NCBI GenBank assembly: GCA_950097015.1
Contig: CATNEN010000038.1
Span: 13,454,001-13,518,000 of the forward strand
DNA: 64,000 nucleotides
Reading direction: 5' to 3'
Origin: Macrostomum hystrix
Taxonomy: Eukaryota > Animalia > Platyhelminthes
The translations under genes were made by a program, and so were the position numbers. Shown piece after piece: positions 1-10,410 of the stretch; the first letter of the stretch is position 1, and the number at the start of each line of letters is the position of its first letter. Under the pieces are notes generated by a model. That model worked only from the letters and a program-made list of their open reading frames with translations. It ran no database searches and had not been told where the DNA came from.

Positions 1-113
1 CCTCGGATTATTAATGTATTCATTGATCAAATAGGTTTTAGGAAAATGTCTAACTTTGAGGTTACACTACACATAGGTAGGGAAGTTACAATCCTGTGTG
101 GAGTAAATAATAT

Positions 114-935
114 TGTTGTGCACGTGCGCTTGCACTGCTCAAGTGCACTCGCCCCCCTGCGCAACAAGTGCACTCGCAGTTGTTTTTGGCATTGTTGGTT
201 TGGCGTTAAAGGCTCAGCGGTGTAAGCCGCTTAGCCGCCATTGTGTTGGCTGCGCGCTGGTTGGCTGGGCCGCCCTTTTTGGTCCTCGCCCCAGGCTGCC
301 CCTCCCCCAGCTGCGCCGTGATTGGCCGGTGGGTAGCTGGGCCGGGGTGGTGGGTGGGGGTGGGGCGGGGGGAGGGGGCCCCGGCCCTTCGTGAGCCGTG
401 TCCTATAAAGGCGCGGCCGGGGGCGGGTGGCTGCCCCGTGCGCGTGTTCACGCTCTACAACGCCTGACTCTGTTTCCATAACCCGTCCCCCACGCACAAA
501 TAATAACTAATAAATATCGACCACCCGGTCTGCCAGCCGCAATCAGAAGTCCGCTGAACGAAGTTGACTACCCGCACGAGTGCGAGTGAACCAGAAGTAA
601 GTCGCTGCCTTGTCTCCTTCATTTCGGGGGCTGTAGTGGGGACCGTCCGTGTGTCCTGACGCCGACTAAGGAGGGGGACTAGACCAGGTAGCCAGCCAGG
701 GGTCACCCTGTACTGTACGCCCGCTGTACTCAGACGCCAGCTCGTGCGCCCTGCCGCCCCGCTGAAGGGTGATCGACATCACAGCGTCCCGACGCGTGTG
801 CCGGCCACTTGGGTGCGTCCTGACGCCCCAGACTTAGGGTCCCGTGCGGACACTCGCGCCCTGACGCAGGCCAGCACGGGCCCGCGTACTCTGACCCTCC
901 TAGGGGCACCCCTCCGGGAAGTCGCGAGTACAACA
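114..935 (+). mobile_element. Solo LTR of an LTR retrotransposon (4-bp TSD, Gypsy-like)
   Basis: Starts TGTTGT (114) and ends ACAACA (935). Flanked by the direct repeat ATAT (110-113 and 936-939). GC-rich interior has an inverted CCAAT (ATTGG), GC boxes (GGGGCGGG), TATAAA at ~404 and AATAAA at ~509. No gag/pol. Confidence 0.75.
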
Positions 936-1339
936 ATATACTACCAAAATTATTTCACCAAAACTGTTTGGTAGTTTGTCAAAAAACACAAGGCTAACAG
1001 TCTGAGCCCATGAGTCTCCGTTAACTGCAAGCCAGATGTCCGAATCCGAGTTCAGCGATAATGCATTTATTTGCGCTCGTATTTCATACTGCGTTTCTGA
1101 GCATCTTTAGATACACTGTATAATTATAGTGATTACGATGGCTTAGTTGCTTAAAAAAGCAAATACCAGACCACTAAACGGTGCAGATATCTAACTAGCG
1201 TTAACTTGTTTGCTAGCTTCGACTGAAGCAGCAAAAGCAGCAGCAGCAGCAATCAGCAGCAGAGGCAAAAGCAGCAGCAAAGTAGCAAGCCGCAATTGCA
1301 AACACCCCAGACCAACCTAGATCCCTCAGAACCCCCAAG

Positions 1340-1490
1340 ACTCCCAGTTATAGGTACCTCGGACTCCCAGAAAGCCAGAAAGACACCCCCGGACTGCCAG
1401 AAGCCGTCACCAACAACTCCCAGTCATAGGCACCCCCGGACTGCCAGAAGCCGTAACCAACAACTCCCAGTCATAGACACCACGGACCTC
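1340..1490. repeat. Short imperfect tandem repeat (~49-bp unit, 2-3 copies) in the DNAJC28 3' region
   Basis: Recurring GGACTGCCAGAAGCCGT(C/A)ACCAACAACTCCCAGTCATAG. Confidence 0.6.
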
Positions 1491-1552
1491 TTTCTAAAGT
1501 CCCGATTCCCAACTAAACCAGTCCGCCAAGACCCCATCCCAGAAAGCGCCAG

Positions 1553-3096
1553 TCAAGCTGTCCCGCCGAACAGCGCGCCCTTGAGATTGGCCCAAGCCAG
1601 TCGCAGCGTGGCGATTGAGAATAGTTCCCCATCCCCATTCCCAATGTCAGAGCTAAACTCCAGCCGCGGTGTCGCTGGCGGCTGCCAAGTGTCGGCTAGC
1701 GAGTTGTCCTCGGCCACAGTCTTGGCAAAACTGACCAGCCTATAGTGACAGCGCTGCTGCTGCAGGGTCGGCACAGTCAGATTCAGCTGGTCGACTTGGC
1801 GGTTCAGATCCGCAACGCTTTTGGCGCAGCCAGCCAAGACAGCAATCCAGGCGGCTTCGTCGGCTTGATTAAACGGCCAACGACCCAGGCGACTTCGAGC
1901 ATCGACTAGACGATGTCGTAGCTCGGTGGTGGCTGTGCGGATGGACTTGTCCAGCAACAGCCAGTCAGGCTCGTAGCCATTGTTAGCCAGGATGGAGTTG
2001 AGCTTGTGCGTCATGGAGTCCGCGAACGGATCGGCGTCGGCCAGGGTCGACCGGTCGGGCAACGGCTTGCCGTAGTAGCGACAGTTCTGCAGCTCACCGC
2101 GGCTCACTGACTCCTGGACGAAGATTGTTTGAAAAAAATTATTAAATATTATATTTCTTCTACCTAAATTTCAGATTCTAGCCCAAATGCGGACTTTAAG
2201 CTAGGGTCCACAATTCGGACACTACAATTAACGAGTTATTTTAAAACTCGGATGCCCTGCAGCTTCACAACTCCCGCCTTTCTGGAACTAAAACACACTG
2301 AAAGTCTAGAATACAGTTAATTCTTGTATTAGTCCTCTCTCTGCGCTAGTTTTAGCGTGTTTGCAAGTGCCAGTTGGCAGTGACTGATACAAACCTGAAT
2401 GAGATCCTCCACCAGGCGGTCAATCATCGATCGGGTTCGAAAATTATTCGCCGACCGGCGCTCTGAACTCTTTAAACTCGGTGCCGCCGTCGCCACCGCC
2501 GTGCCAGAGGCAGCTGCCGCCTCATGCTGTAGCCGGGCGATGCGGAATTCGCGCACATTGTCCGCAGCCTGATAAACTCGCCACTGTTGCCGCTGATGCT
2601 GGCGCTCGGCTGGTGTGCCGGAGCCTAGACCTTCGTACTCGAGGTACTGCCGATGTTGTGGAGCTGTGTGACGAATGTCGAATCGGCCCAACGCCTCGTC
2701 GGTGGCCGCGTCTACTACGGAATTGTCGCCGTTGGTTAATTTCCGATGCCTCGCCGCCAGTGCGTAGGCGTTTCGAGCCTCAATGAACTTTCTTACGTCA
2801 CCACCGCCGCCCCGACCGGCATCTGGATGATGCAGCTTCGCCTGGTGCACAAAGGCCGCCTTCAGCTCAGAGTCGCTGGCCGTAGGCTGAACGCCTAAAA
2901 CAATGTAGGCACTGGCCAGGGCAGAATCCTCTGCTCTGGCCGTGCCAGCATCGCTGAAGGGCCGACCTCTGGCACCGGCAGACCAAAGCGGCGACGGCGA
3001 CGGCTGGAAGGACGCTCGAGCTCGACTGTAGAGACTCGCTGAGGACAACACTCGCCTGTGAGCGAGCTGGAAAATAAGCAGAACACAATAGTTCAT
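1553..3096 (-). CDS. DNAJC28: DnaJ homolog subfamily C member 28 (J domain + DUF1992-type region); exons 3096(or 3066)-2395 and 2113-1553
   Basis: J domain AYIVLGV...KLHHPD...FIEARNAY. Motifs DIRHTAPQHRQYLEYEGLG and RLVEDLIQ|ESVSRGEL...GKPL, HKLNSILANNGYEPDW. A phase-0 GT-AG intron (2394-2114) joins the two ORFs in frame. Confidence 0.9.
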
Positions 3097-3573
3097 GTTT
3101 GTGCAAACGCTTTATATAACGATTCAAGCCTGGGACGATGCAGGTCCGCAGGACTTAAAAGCATTTATCATACTACTTAAGTATGAGTGAAATCAACTTT
3201 TCCTGGCTTTAACTTTTTAGAAAGCAAGGAGTTTATAACAATTATGACTTTGTATTTAACGAATTGGCACAATTAAAAATCAAATGCAGTTAAGATAATT
3301 TAATTTACGAAGTACAATACTAGATTAGTTTCATAATCACACTAGATGAGGGGCAAATCAGAAAGAGGCATGTTTTGCAAGATAATGAACAGCAAAATTC
3401 GAAACACGAGCTATACTACTAACACCGAACAAATCTTTAAGTGTGCATTCTCGCGGTGGGTTGAAGTATCTTGGGAGTTCCAGGTTGGTTTGCTCTAAAG
3501 TTAATATAAAACATTGATTAGAGATGTGATCACCCAAAGGTTAAGGTAGATAGCCCAATTTTTTAATCAAAGT

Positions 3574-4185
3574 TCAGATACGGGCAGGCATCTGTGGTTG
3601 CAGTTGCTGCAGCTCTCTTTCTTCTTTGAATAGTGGCAGCAACTCGATGCTGTTGGCTCTGGTGGCCTCCATCTTGGCCATGAGGCGGCAGAGCCGCTGG
3701 CATGCAGCAAGACCGCGCCACGCAGTCGGACAGGAGACCTCCTTAACTACGACCTCTCCACAGCTAATCTGAAGCTCCGTCCAGCTCGACGGCAGCTGCC
3801 CGAGTTCATCGACCAGAGCCAGTACAACTGGTCTACTGGCTGTCGTGCAGGCTTGAAACCGCGTCCGCAACAGGTGGTTGAGAAGCCTGGCGCATGGCTG
3901 ACTCAAACTGGCCGGCCTAACTAGACAATAGTCTGCGCCTTCCAGTGCCTCCGAGAGGCTGTCCGTGGCCAGAAGGTCCCAGCAGCGGCCGGGAGCTAGG
4001 CCAGAGTCGAGGAGGCAGTCAGCCAGTTCACGACAACCGGAAAGGTCAGCCGGATTGCAGAGTCGAAGCCGGACTTTCCGACAGGGGCCGAAGACGTCGC
4101 CGGAGAGTAGCGGCCATAGACATCGCTGCAGCGGGTCGCTGTCGGCTGGATGGACGACACAAACGGTGACGACGCTGTTTTTCAT
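3574..4185 (-). CDS. Short protein resembling the N-terminal Rossmann-type domain of cytosolic malate dehydrogenase/MDH1B; degenerate and truncated
   Basis: VTVCVV...LLSGDVFGP.RKVRLRL...ATDSLSEALEGADYCLV resembles MDH1/MDH1B (L.SGEVFG...I.L.L; ATD...AF.D.DVAILV). No GxxGxxG and no C-terminal catalytic domain. Acceptor TTTTTGTATTACAG 22 nt upstream of the ATG. Confidence 0.5.
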   Translation of the reverse strand: MKNSVVTVCVVHPADSDPLQRCLWPLLSGDVFGPCRKVRLRLCNPADLSGCRELADCLLDSGLAPGRCWDLLATDSLSEALEGADYCLVRPASLSQPCARLLNHLLRTRFQACTTASRPVVLALVDELGQLPSSWTELQISCGEVVVKEVSCPTAWRGLAACQRLCRLMAKMEATRANSIELLPLFKEERELQQLQPQMPARI

Positions 4186-4504
4186 GGCTTTTCATGGAAA
4201 TCACTAACTGTAATACAAAAAGGCGATGGTGCAATTATTTATATAATGCTAGAGAGCATGAGTTTTAGAGTTTTTGAAGTCTAAACTATATAGTAGCACA
4301 TTATTTTTTTTATGGAACTCGTTAATGGGACTGACGATTACAAAAAGCTTGTTCACCCGCCATTAAACGAGGACCAAACACACGATTTGATATTCTTATT
4401 TGATTTCCATTACTTTCAGCATCAAAAAATGCACACCAAAATCCATCATTCGATGGCAGTCAGGCAGTGTAAATGAGCCTTAAGTGTGCGCATTTCAGGG
4501 CAAT

Positions 4505-4880
4505 AGTTAGATGCAGTTGGGATGAATTAGATGCAGTTGGGATGAATTAGATGCAGTTGGGATGAATTAGATGCTGTAGGGATGAATTAGATGCTGTAGG
4601 GATGAATAAGATGCAGTAGGGATGAATTAGATGCTGTAGGGATGAATTAGATGCAGTAGGGATGAATTATATGCAGTAGGGATGAATTAGATGCAGTAAG
4701 GATGAATTAGATGCAGTAAGGACGAATTAGTTGCAGTAAGGATGAATTAGATGCAGTTGGGATGAATTAGATGCAGTTGGGATGAATTAGATGCAGTAGG
4801 GATGAATTATATGCATTAGGGATGAATTAGATGCAGTAGATGCAGAATTATTAGACGCAGTAGATGCAATTAGATGCAGT
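4505..4880. repeat. 20-bp minisatellite (GGGATGAATTAGATGCAGTA)
   Basis: Tandem copies visible directly. Confidence 0.95.
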
Positions 4881-4929
4881 AGATGCAGTAATAAATGCAA
4901 ATTATTTGACCCAGTAGGTGCAATTAGTT

Positions 4930-6465
4930 GCAGTAGATGTAGTAGGGATGAATTTCCAAGTGTGCATAATTGTGGCAGTGGTTAGATGTATTAGGGATGA
5001 ATTTCCAAGTGTGCATAATTGTGGCAGTGGTTAGATGTATTAGGGATGAATTTCCAAGTGTGCATAATTGTGGCAGTGGTTAGATGTAGTAGGGATGAAT
5101 TTCCAAGTGTGCATAATTGTGGCAGTGGTTAGATGTATTAGGGATGAATTTCCAAGTGTGCATAATTGTGGCAGTGGTTAGATGTATTAGGGATGAATTT
5201 CCAAGTGTGCATAATTGTGGCAGTAGTTAGATGTAGTAGGGATGAATTTCAAAGTGTGCATAATTGTGGCAGTGGTTAGATGTAGTAGGGATGAATTTCC
5301 AAGTGTGCATAATTGTGGCAGTGGTTAGATGTATTAGGGATGGATTTCCAAGTGTGCATAATTGTGGCAGTGGTTAGATGTATTAGGGATGGATTTCCAA
5401 GTGTGCATAATTGTGGCAGTGGTTAGATGTAGTAGGGATGAATTTCCAAGTGTGCATAATTGTGGCAGTGGTTAGATGTAGTAGGGATGAATTTCCAAGT
5501 GTGCATAATTGTGGCAGTGGTTAGATGTAGTAGGGATGGATTTCCAAGTGTGCATAATTGTGGCAGTGGTTAGATGTATTAGGGATGGATTTCCAAGTGT
5601 GCATAATTGTGGCAGTGGTTAGATGTAGTAGGGATGAATTTCCAAGTGTGCATAATTGTGGCAGTGGTTAGATGTAGTAGGGATGAATTTCCAAGTGTGC
5701 ATAATTGTGGCAGTGGTTAGATGTATTAGGGATGGATTTCCAAGTGTGCATAATTGTGGCAGTGGTTAGATGTAGTAGGGATGAATTTCCAAGTGTGCAT
5801 AATTGTGGCAGTGGTTAGATGTATTAGGGATGGATTTCCAAGTGTGCATAATTGTGGCAGTGGTTAGATGTATTAGGGATGAATTTCCAAGTGTGCATAA
5901 TTGTGGCAGTGGTTAGATGTAGTAGGGATGAATTTCCAAGTGTGCATAATTGTGGCAGTGGTTAGATGTAGTAGGGATGAATTTCCAAGTGTGCATAATT
6001 GTGGCAGTGGTTAGATGTAGTAGGGATGAATTTCCAAGTGTGCATAATTGTGGCAGTGGTTAGATGTATTAGGGATGAATTTCCAAGTGTGCATAATTGT
6101 GGCAGTGGTTAGATGTAGTAGGGATGAATTTCCAAGTGTGCATAATTGTGGCAGTGGTTAGATGTATTAGGGATGAATTTCCAAGTGTGCATAATTGTGG
6201 CAGTGGTTAGATGTAGTAGGGATGAATTTCCAAGTGTGCATAATTGTGGCAGTGGTTAGATGTAGTAGGGATGAATTTCCAAGTGTGCATAATTGTGGCA
6301 GTGGTTAGATGTAGTAGGGATGAATTTCCAAGTGTGCATAATTGTGGCAGTGGTTAGATGTAGTAGGGATGAATTTCCAAGTGTGCATAATTGTGGCAGT
6401 GGTTAGATGTAGTAGGGATGAATTTCCAAGAGTGCATAATTGTGGCAGTGGTTAACATGTAGTAT
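4930..6465. repeat. 49-bp minisatellite (TTAGATGTAGTAGGGATGAATTTCCAAGTGTGCATAATTGTGGCAGTGG), ~31 copies
   Basis: Near-identical tandem units with no variable spacers. Confidence 0.97.
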
Positions 6466-8066
6466 GGATGAATTGTGTAGTTGAGTACGACATTTTAGAT
6501 AGTTGCTGCTACGACTACTTTGATAAAGTTCCATGTTTTTCAAGCTTACTGGTTTAATAGTTACAGGAAAAATTATGAGCATCAACACGAAAAAAGAGAC
6601 GAACCAGAACCGCAGCGGGCATTGATTTTAATCAATGAACTTTAAAACAATGCTTAATTTTTTGCTGTGTAATTAGTTAAGCAAAAACAAAACGAACACC
6701 TTGTAAAAAGTCTAAGCTATCAATTGGGACAATGGGTAGTCTTTATTTTGTTAGAGCGATTATTCCGCTGTTAGTTAATTACTTGGAAGAATATTAAATG
6801 GTTACAAAGCCTGTAGCATCAACAAAAAACTGTAATCAACGAGGGGCTTAGTTATTCTACCGCATGTAGGCTACATAACCGAATATTTCAAGGCATTGGA
6901 TTTAAAAAGCAGTTTTAAACAATTTCTTGCGGGCTATGTGACGTTGATTGAATGCGACAGCGAATTAAAAAATATCAAGTAAAAACGAATGCAACTATAA
7001 AGTAATAGCCAGAAGTTTAAATAGCCAGTTTTGTTGGTTTAACAAACAGAACGGCGGTATGAAAGCAGCAGCAATGCTTGACTATGTAAGTTTCGAATAA
7101 TTATAGTCACATTACCAAATACCAAATACCAGATGCTCATTTGAATGCTTGCGAACTCTTATTATATAAAATGTGATTTAACATTTTAAGTACATTATTT
7201 TCTTGAATAAAAAACTAAGAAAATATCATAACTTTAAACTAAAATCTTATTTTTTATGGCACTGTAAAGAACGTAAAACAAAAAAACAACAAAAAAATAT
7301 AAAACTACAAAAACTACAAAAACAAAATGCGCCGGAAAGGCAAAAACATAGGGAAAAAGTAGACTGAGAAAACTCAAGCACATTCGAAAGACTGGAAGCA
7401 ATAAATCATTAGTAAGGCTGGGGAAAACAAACAACACAGAGAAAAAATAAATAAGCACTATGTTGCTTTGAAGACTACAGTAAACAAAAGTAAAGAATTT
7501 ATCTATGGCGGAAATGTAAATATGTAATATGGCCGATTCATAAACGCAAAACTTGAAGGTTTTACTAGACGCGACAAACTTCTAGCAGGAAGGGACACTT
7601 TATTGACCAAAAAATGGATTTTCACATGACAGAAGCAAATTTGACGAGCTTACCAGTGATAAAGTAAACGTTTAGAGCCAACAGGTCATCGTATATTAGC
7701 AAACAAATCATTGATTTTAGCTATGATTTGATAACACAAAACCATCGAAAACTGGAAAACTAAATTCACTAACTAGGTTTTTTTATGGATTGATCTCTAA
7801 AGAAAAACAATTAATTAATTATGAAAGACTAAATTTAACGAGAAAAAAGGACTATATTATTATGAGTATGCGAAGAAACTTTCATTTTGACTTAATCATA
7901 TTCCGCTAATCTGACAGTAAAAAAACAAAACAAAAAACTACTAATCTAAATGTTTCTGCTATAGCACAGTAACAGCTCAGCAATAACAACAGAATAAACA
8001 TTAACCTGGCAAACGAGTAAATCGTTTAGCAAAACTAGCTATCGTTGTGGACCTAGGTCAAATCAA

Positions 8067-9593
8067 TCAATCTTCATAGGGATCAGACCTCAGGCGCGCC
8101 AGCTCTTGGCGGCGGGCTTCCAGTCGGCGAAACACACGCGCCTCAACGCCTGAGATAGCTTCGCCATCAATAACCTTTTCATCGCCAGCGATGTCATCAA
8201 AGCAGTCCGACGCAACCACAGCCATCTGAAGCGTAGCCCACAGACTAGTTCGCGCTAACTGAACCTGCTCCAGCAATTCGCCGACAGCCGAAGACACGGC
8301 CCGACTATCACGCTCTTCAAAGGTGCTGCCGCCACAGCTGCCCCCACCACCGCTACGGTTATTCTGGCTCGTGACCTCTTCTTTGCGTCTAGTCTGGCAT
8401 TTGCGAGTAGCTTCGGATAGGCGGTCAAGAGCCGAGTGCACACCAGCAGGCAGGGGGCCATTACGCAGCCTCTCAGCTCGCTGCACCAGCTGTTGCAGTC
8501 GGGCGTGCTCCTGGCAAATGGCCAGCAGTTCACGGTCTTCTTTAACGCCAGTGGCGGCGTGCGGCCTGGCAAGAGGCGGTGGCGACAGAGGCGGTGGTGG
8601 CGGAGCAACACTGGAGGCGCCACCCAGTCGCTTGGTCTGCCAAGCGGCAGCCACACGAACCTCGGCCTGGCGCAGCTCACGGTCCAGTAGGCGACGCAGC
8701 TGTGTCAGCTCAGAAAGCTTTACCGAGCGCTCGGAGTCTGCCTGAGCGGCTCGACTCGTCATAGACAACCGCCGAGCGATACTAGGACTACCAGAGTTAT
8801 TAACGGTCTCCAGGGCAAGCAAACTGCTAGTGCTTGCGAGTGAATTCGAAGGCTGTTGCATTGAAGCCTGCACAAGCTGGTGCTGCTGAACTGAATGCGG
8901 GGCTAACTGGACAAACTGTGTGCGCTGTGGCAACAGGATGTAATTGGACGCCGGATTCAGCACTAGAGCGTGAGGCTGGTGAGTCCGCTGGAGCTGGTGC
9001 TGCATCTGGTGCTGCTGATGTGTCGCCGGGACTAGAGCAACAGCAGCGGCCGCTGAGTTAGAGGCAGCAGAATCAGCGTTTGCCGACTGAAAGCCGTCTG
9101 GATTGCTGGACTGAAGCGTCTGCCAACTAGAATGTTGTTGCTGTTGCTGCTGTTCCAGGGACAGCTGTAAGGGTCGATGTGGAGCCAATTGGTGCAATTG
9201 ATTATGCTGCTGGTGGTTGCGTACAAGTGGTCGAGAGCTTATTTCGTCAACAGCTGACTGTTGCATTGTTAGCAATTCTGCTTGCGATTGCATCAGCATC
9301 GGTGGCAGCTGATCATCCTCTGAGTCGACCAACTTGTTAACAAGGTCACTAATCATGCTGGCAGTGTGCAGTGATGATGACGACATGTAACTGTAGTCGG
9401 CAGCCCCAACCGCATTGGATAAACTTGATGTCAGCTGGTGACTCGCTGGCTCGATGGCATTGGAGCCCATAGCAACAGCAGCAGTCGCAACAGACATCTG
9501 CTGCTGGCCACTAAGGTTGAACAAACAGGACTCAGTTGTGTGGCTGTCCCACAGAGCATTCTGACTGTACAGCAGCTTGTTTGGTGCAGCCAT
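8067..9593 (-). CDS. MEIOC: Meiosis-specific coiled-coil domain protein (MEIOC family), single coding exon
   Basis: The C-terminal QEHARLQQLVQRAERLRNGPLPAGVHSALDRLSEATRKCQTRRKEEV...ARTSLWATLQM matches the MEIOC domain (REHARVVTLLGKMERLRS..LH.NI..ALD...QSRRKDEI...ARTALWCALQM). Q/S-rich N-terminus. ATG at 9593 lies 3 nt after an acceptor TTCAG. Confidence 0.85.
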   Translation of the reverse strand: MAAPNKLLYSQNALWDSHTTESCLFNLSGQQQMSVATAAVAMGSNAIEPASHQLTSSLSNAVGAADYSYMSSSSLHTASMISDLVNKLVDSEDDQLPPMLMQSQAELLTMQQSAVDEISSRPLVRNHQQHNQLHQLAPHRPLQLSLEQQQQQQHSSWQTLQSSNPDGFQSANADSAASNSAAAAVALVPATHQQHQMQHQLQRTHQPHALVLNPASNYILLPQRTQFVQLAPHSVQQHQLVQASMQQPSNSLASTSSLLALETVNNSGSPSIARRLSMTSRAAQADSERSVKLSELTQLRRLLDRELRQAEVRVAAAWQTKRLGGASSVAPPPPPLSPPPLARPHAATGVKEDRELLAICQEHARLQQLVQRAERLRNGPLPAGVHSALDRLSEATRKCQTRRKEEVTSQNNRSGGGGSCGGSTFEERDSRAVSSAVGELLEQVQLARTSLWATLQMAVVASDCFDDIAGDEKVIDGEAISGVEARVFRRLEARRQELARLRSDPYED

Positions 9594-10354
9594 CTTCTGA
9601 ATAGAGCACAAGAAAAGATAAACTTGTTTGTAAAATTAAATTTGTAAAATAATAAAAAGTTAAGAAGCCCATTATCAATTTTCTTAAAGATTTGTAATAA
9701 AACAAAAATCATGCCTTTAAAGTAAATATAATCCTTTTTTTCTTTGTATGAAATCATAGCTTTATAAGCTAAAAATGTCTGCTATATAAATGTAAATTTT
9801 ATACACACTGGAAGCCTATTCAGATGTAGTAAAAATTAAAACATATGAAAAATAAATAGTATTTATGTTAGGTGTTTACAAATAGTATTTTTGACATTGA
9901 TGAGCTATAGAACTATATACTTGTACTATAAAATTAGGTCTTAAAAACTTTGAACTAAAAATTACATTATATAAATATAACCCCACTGCATTCATGCAAT
10001 CATATTTTTAACAAAAAAACTTCTGAGTCAGCAGAATCAATTCTATCCATTTCACTGATTCCTAAACAATTCACACATTTATACAATACTATAAATATAG
10101 TATATAGTATTGTGTTATATAAACACAAACTTACACATCATTTTCAACATCAAGCAACATAACACTCATTGTTCATTGAAGGTTAACTTTCATGGGTATA
10201 ATTACAAAAGCCCCAAGCCTTATCTCCTTAGTCCTAAGCTAGACATAAAATTTATAATAGTATTGGCTTAAGCTCAAGGACTTTGGTAGGCAAATGCTAA
10301 TGTGTTTTGTCTTTTCTACAACCTACCAAAGTTTTAAAAAGACAATTTTAATAA

Positions 10355-10376
10355 AATAATATATATATATCTAATA

Positions 10377-10407
<31 letters not shown>

Positions 10408-10410
10408 TTG
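10355..10410. repeat. (TA)n microsatellite
   Basis: Interrupted TA runs. Confidence 0.9.

Noticed and set aside
4930-6465. 49-bp array as a CRISPR array
   Set aside because: Units are contiguous with no unique spacers, there are no cas genes, and the context is eukaryotic.
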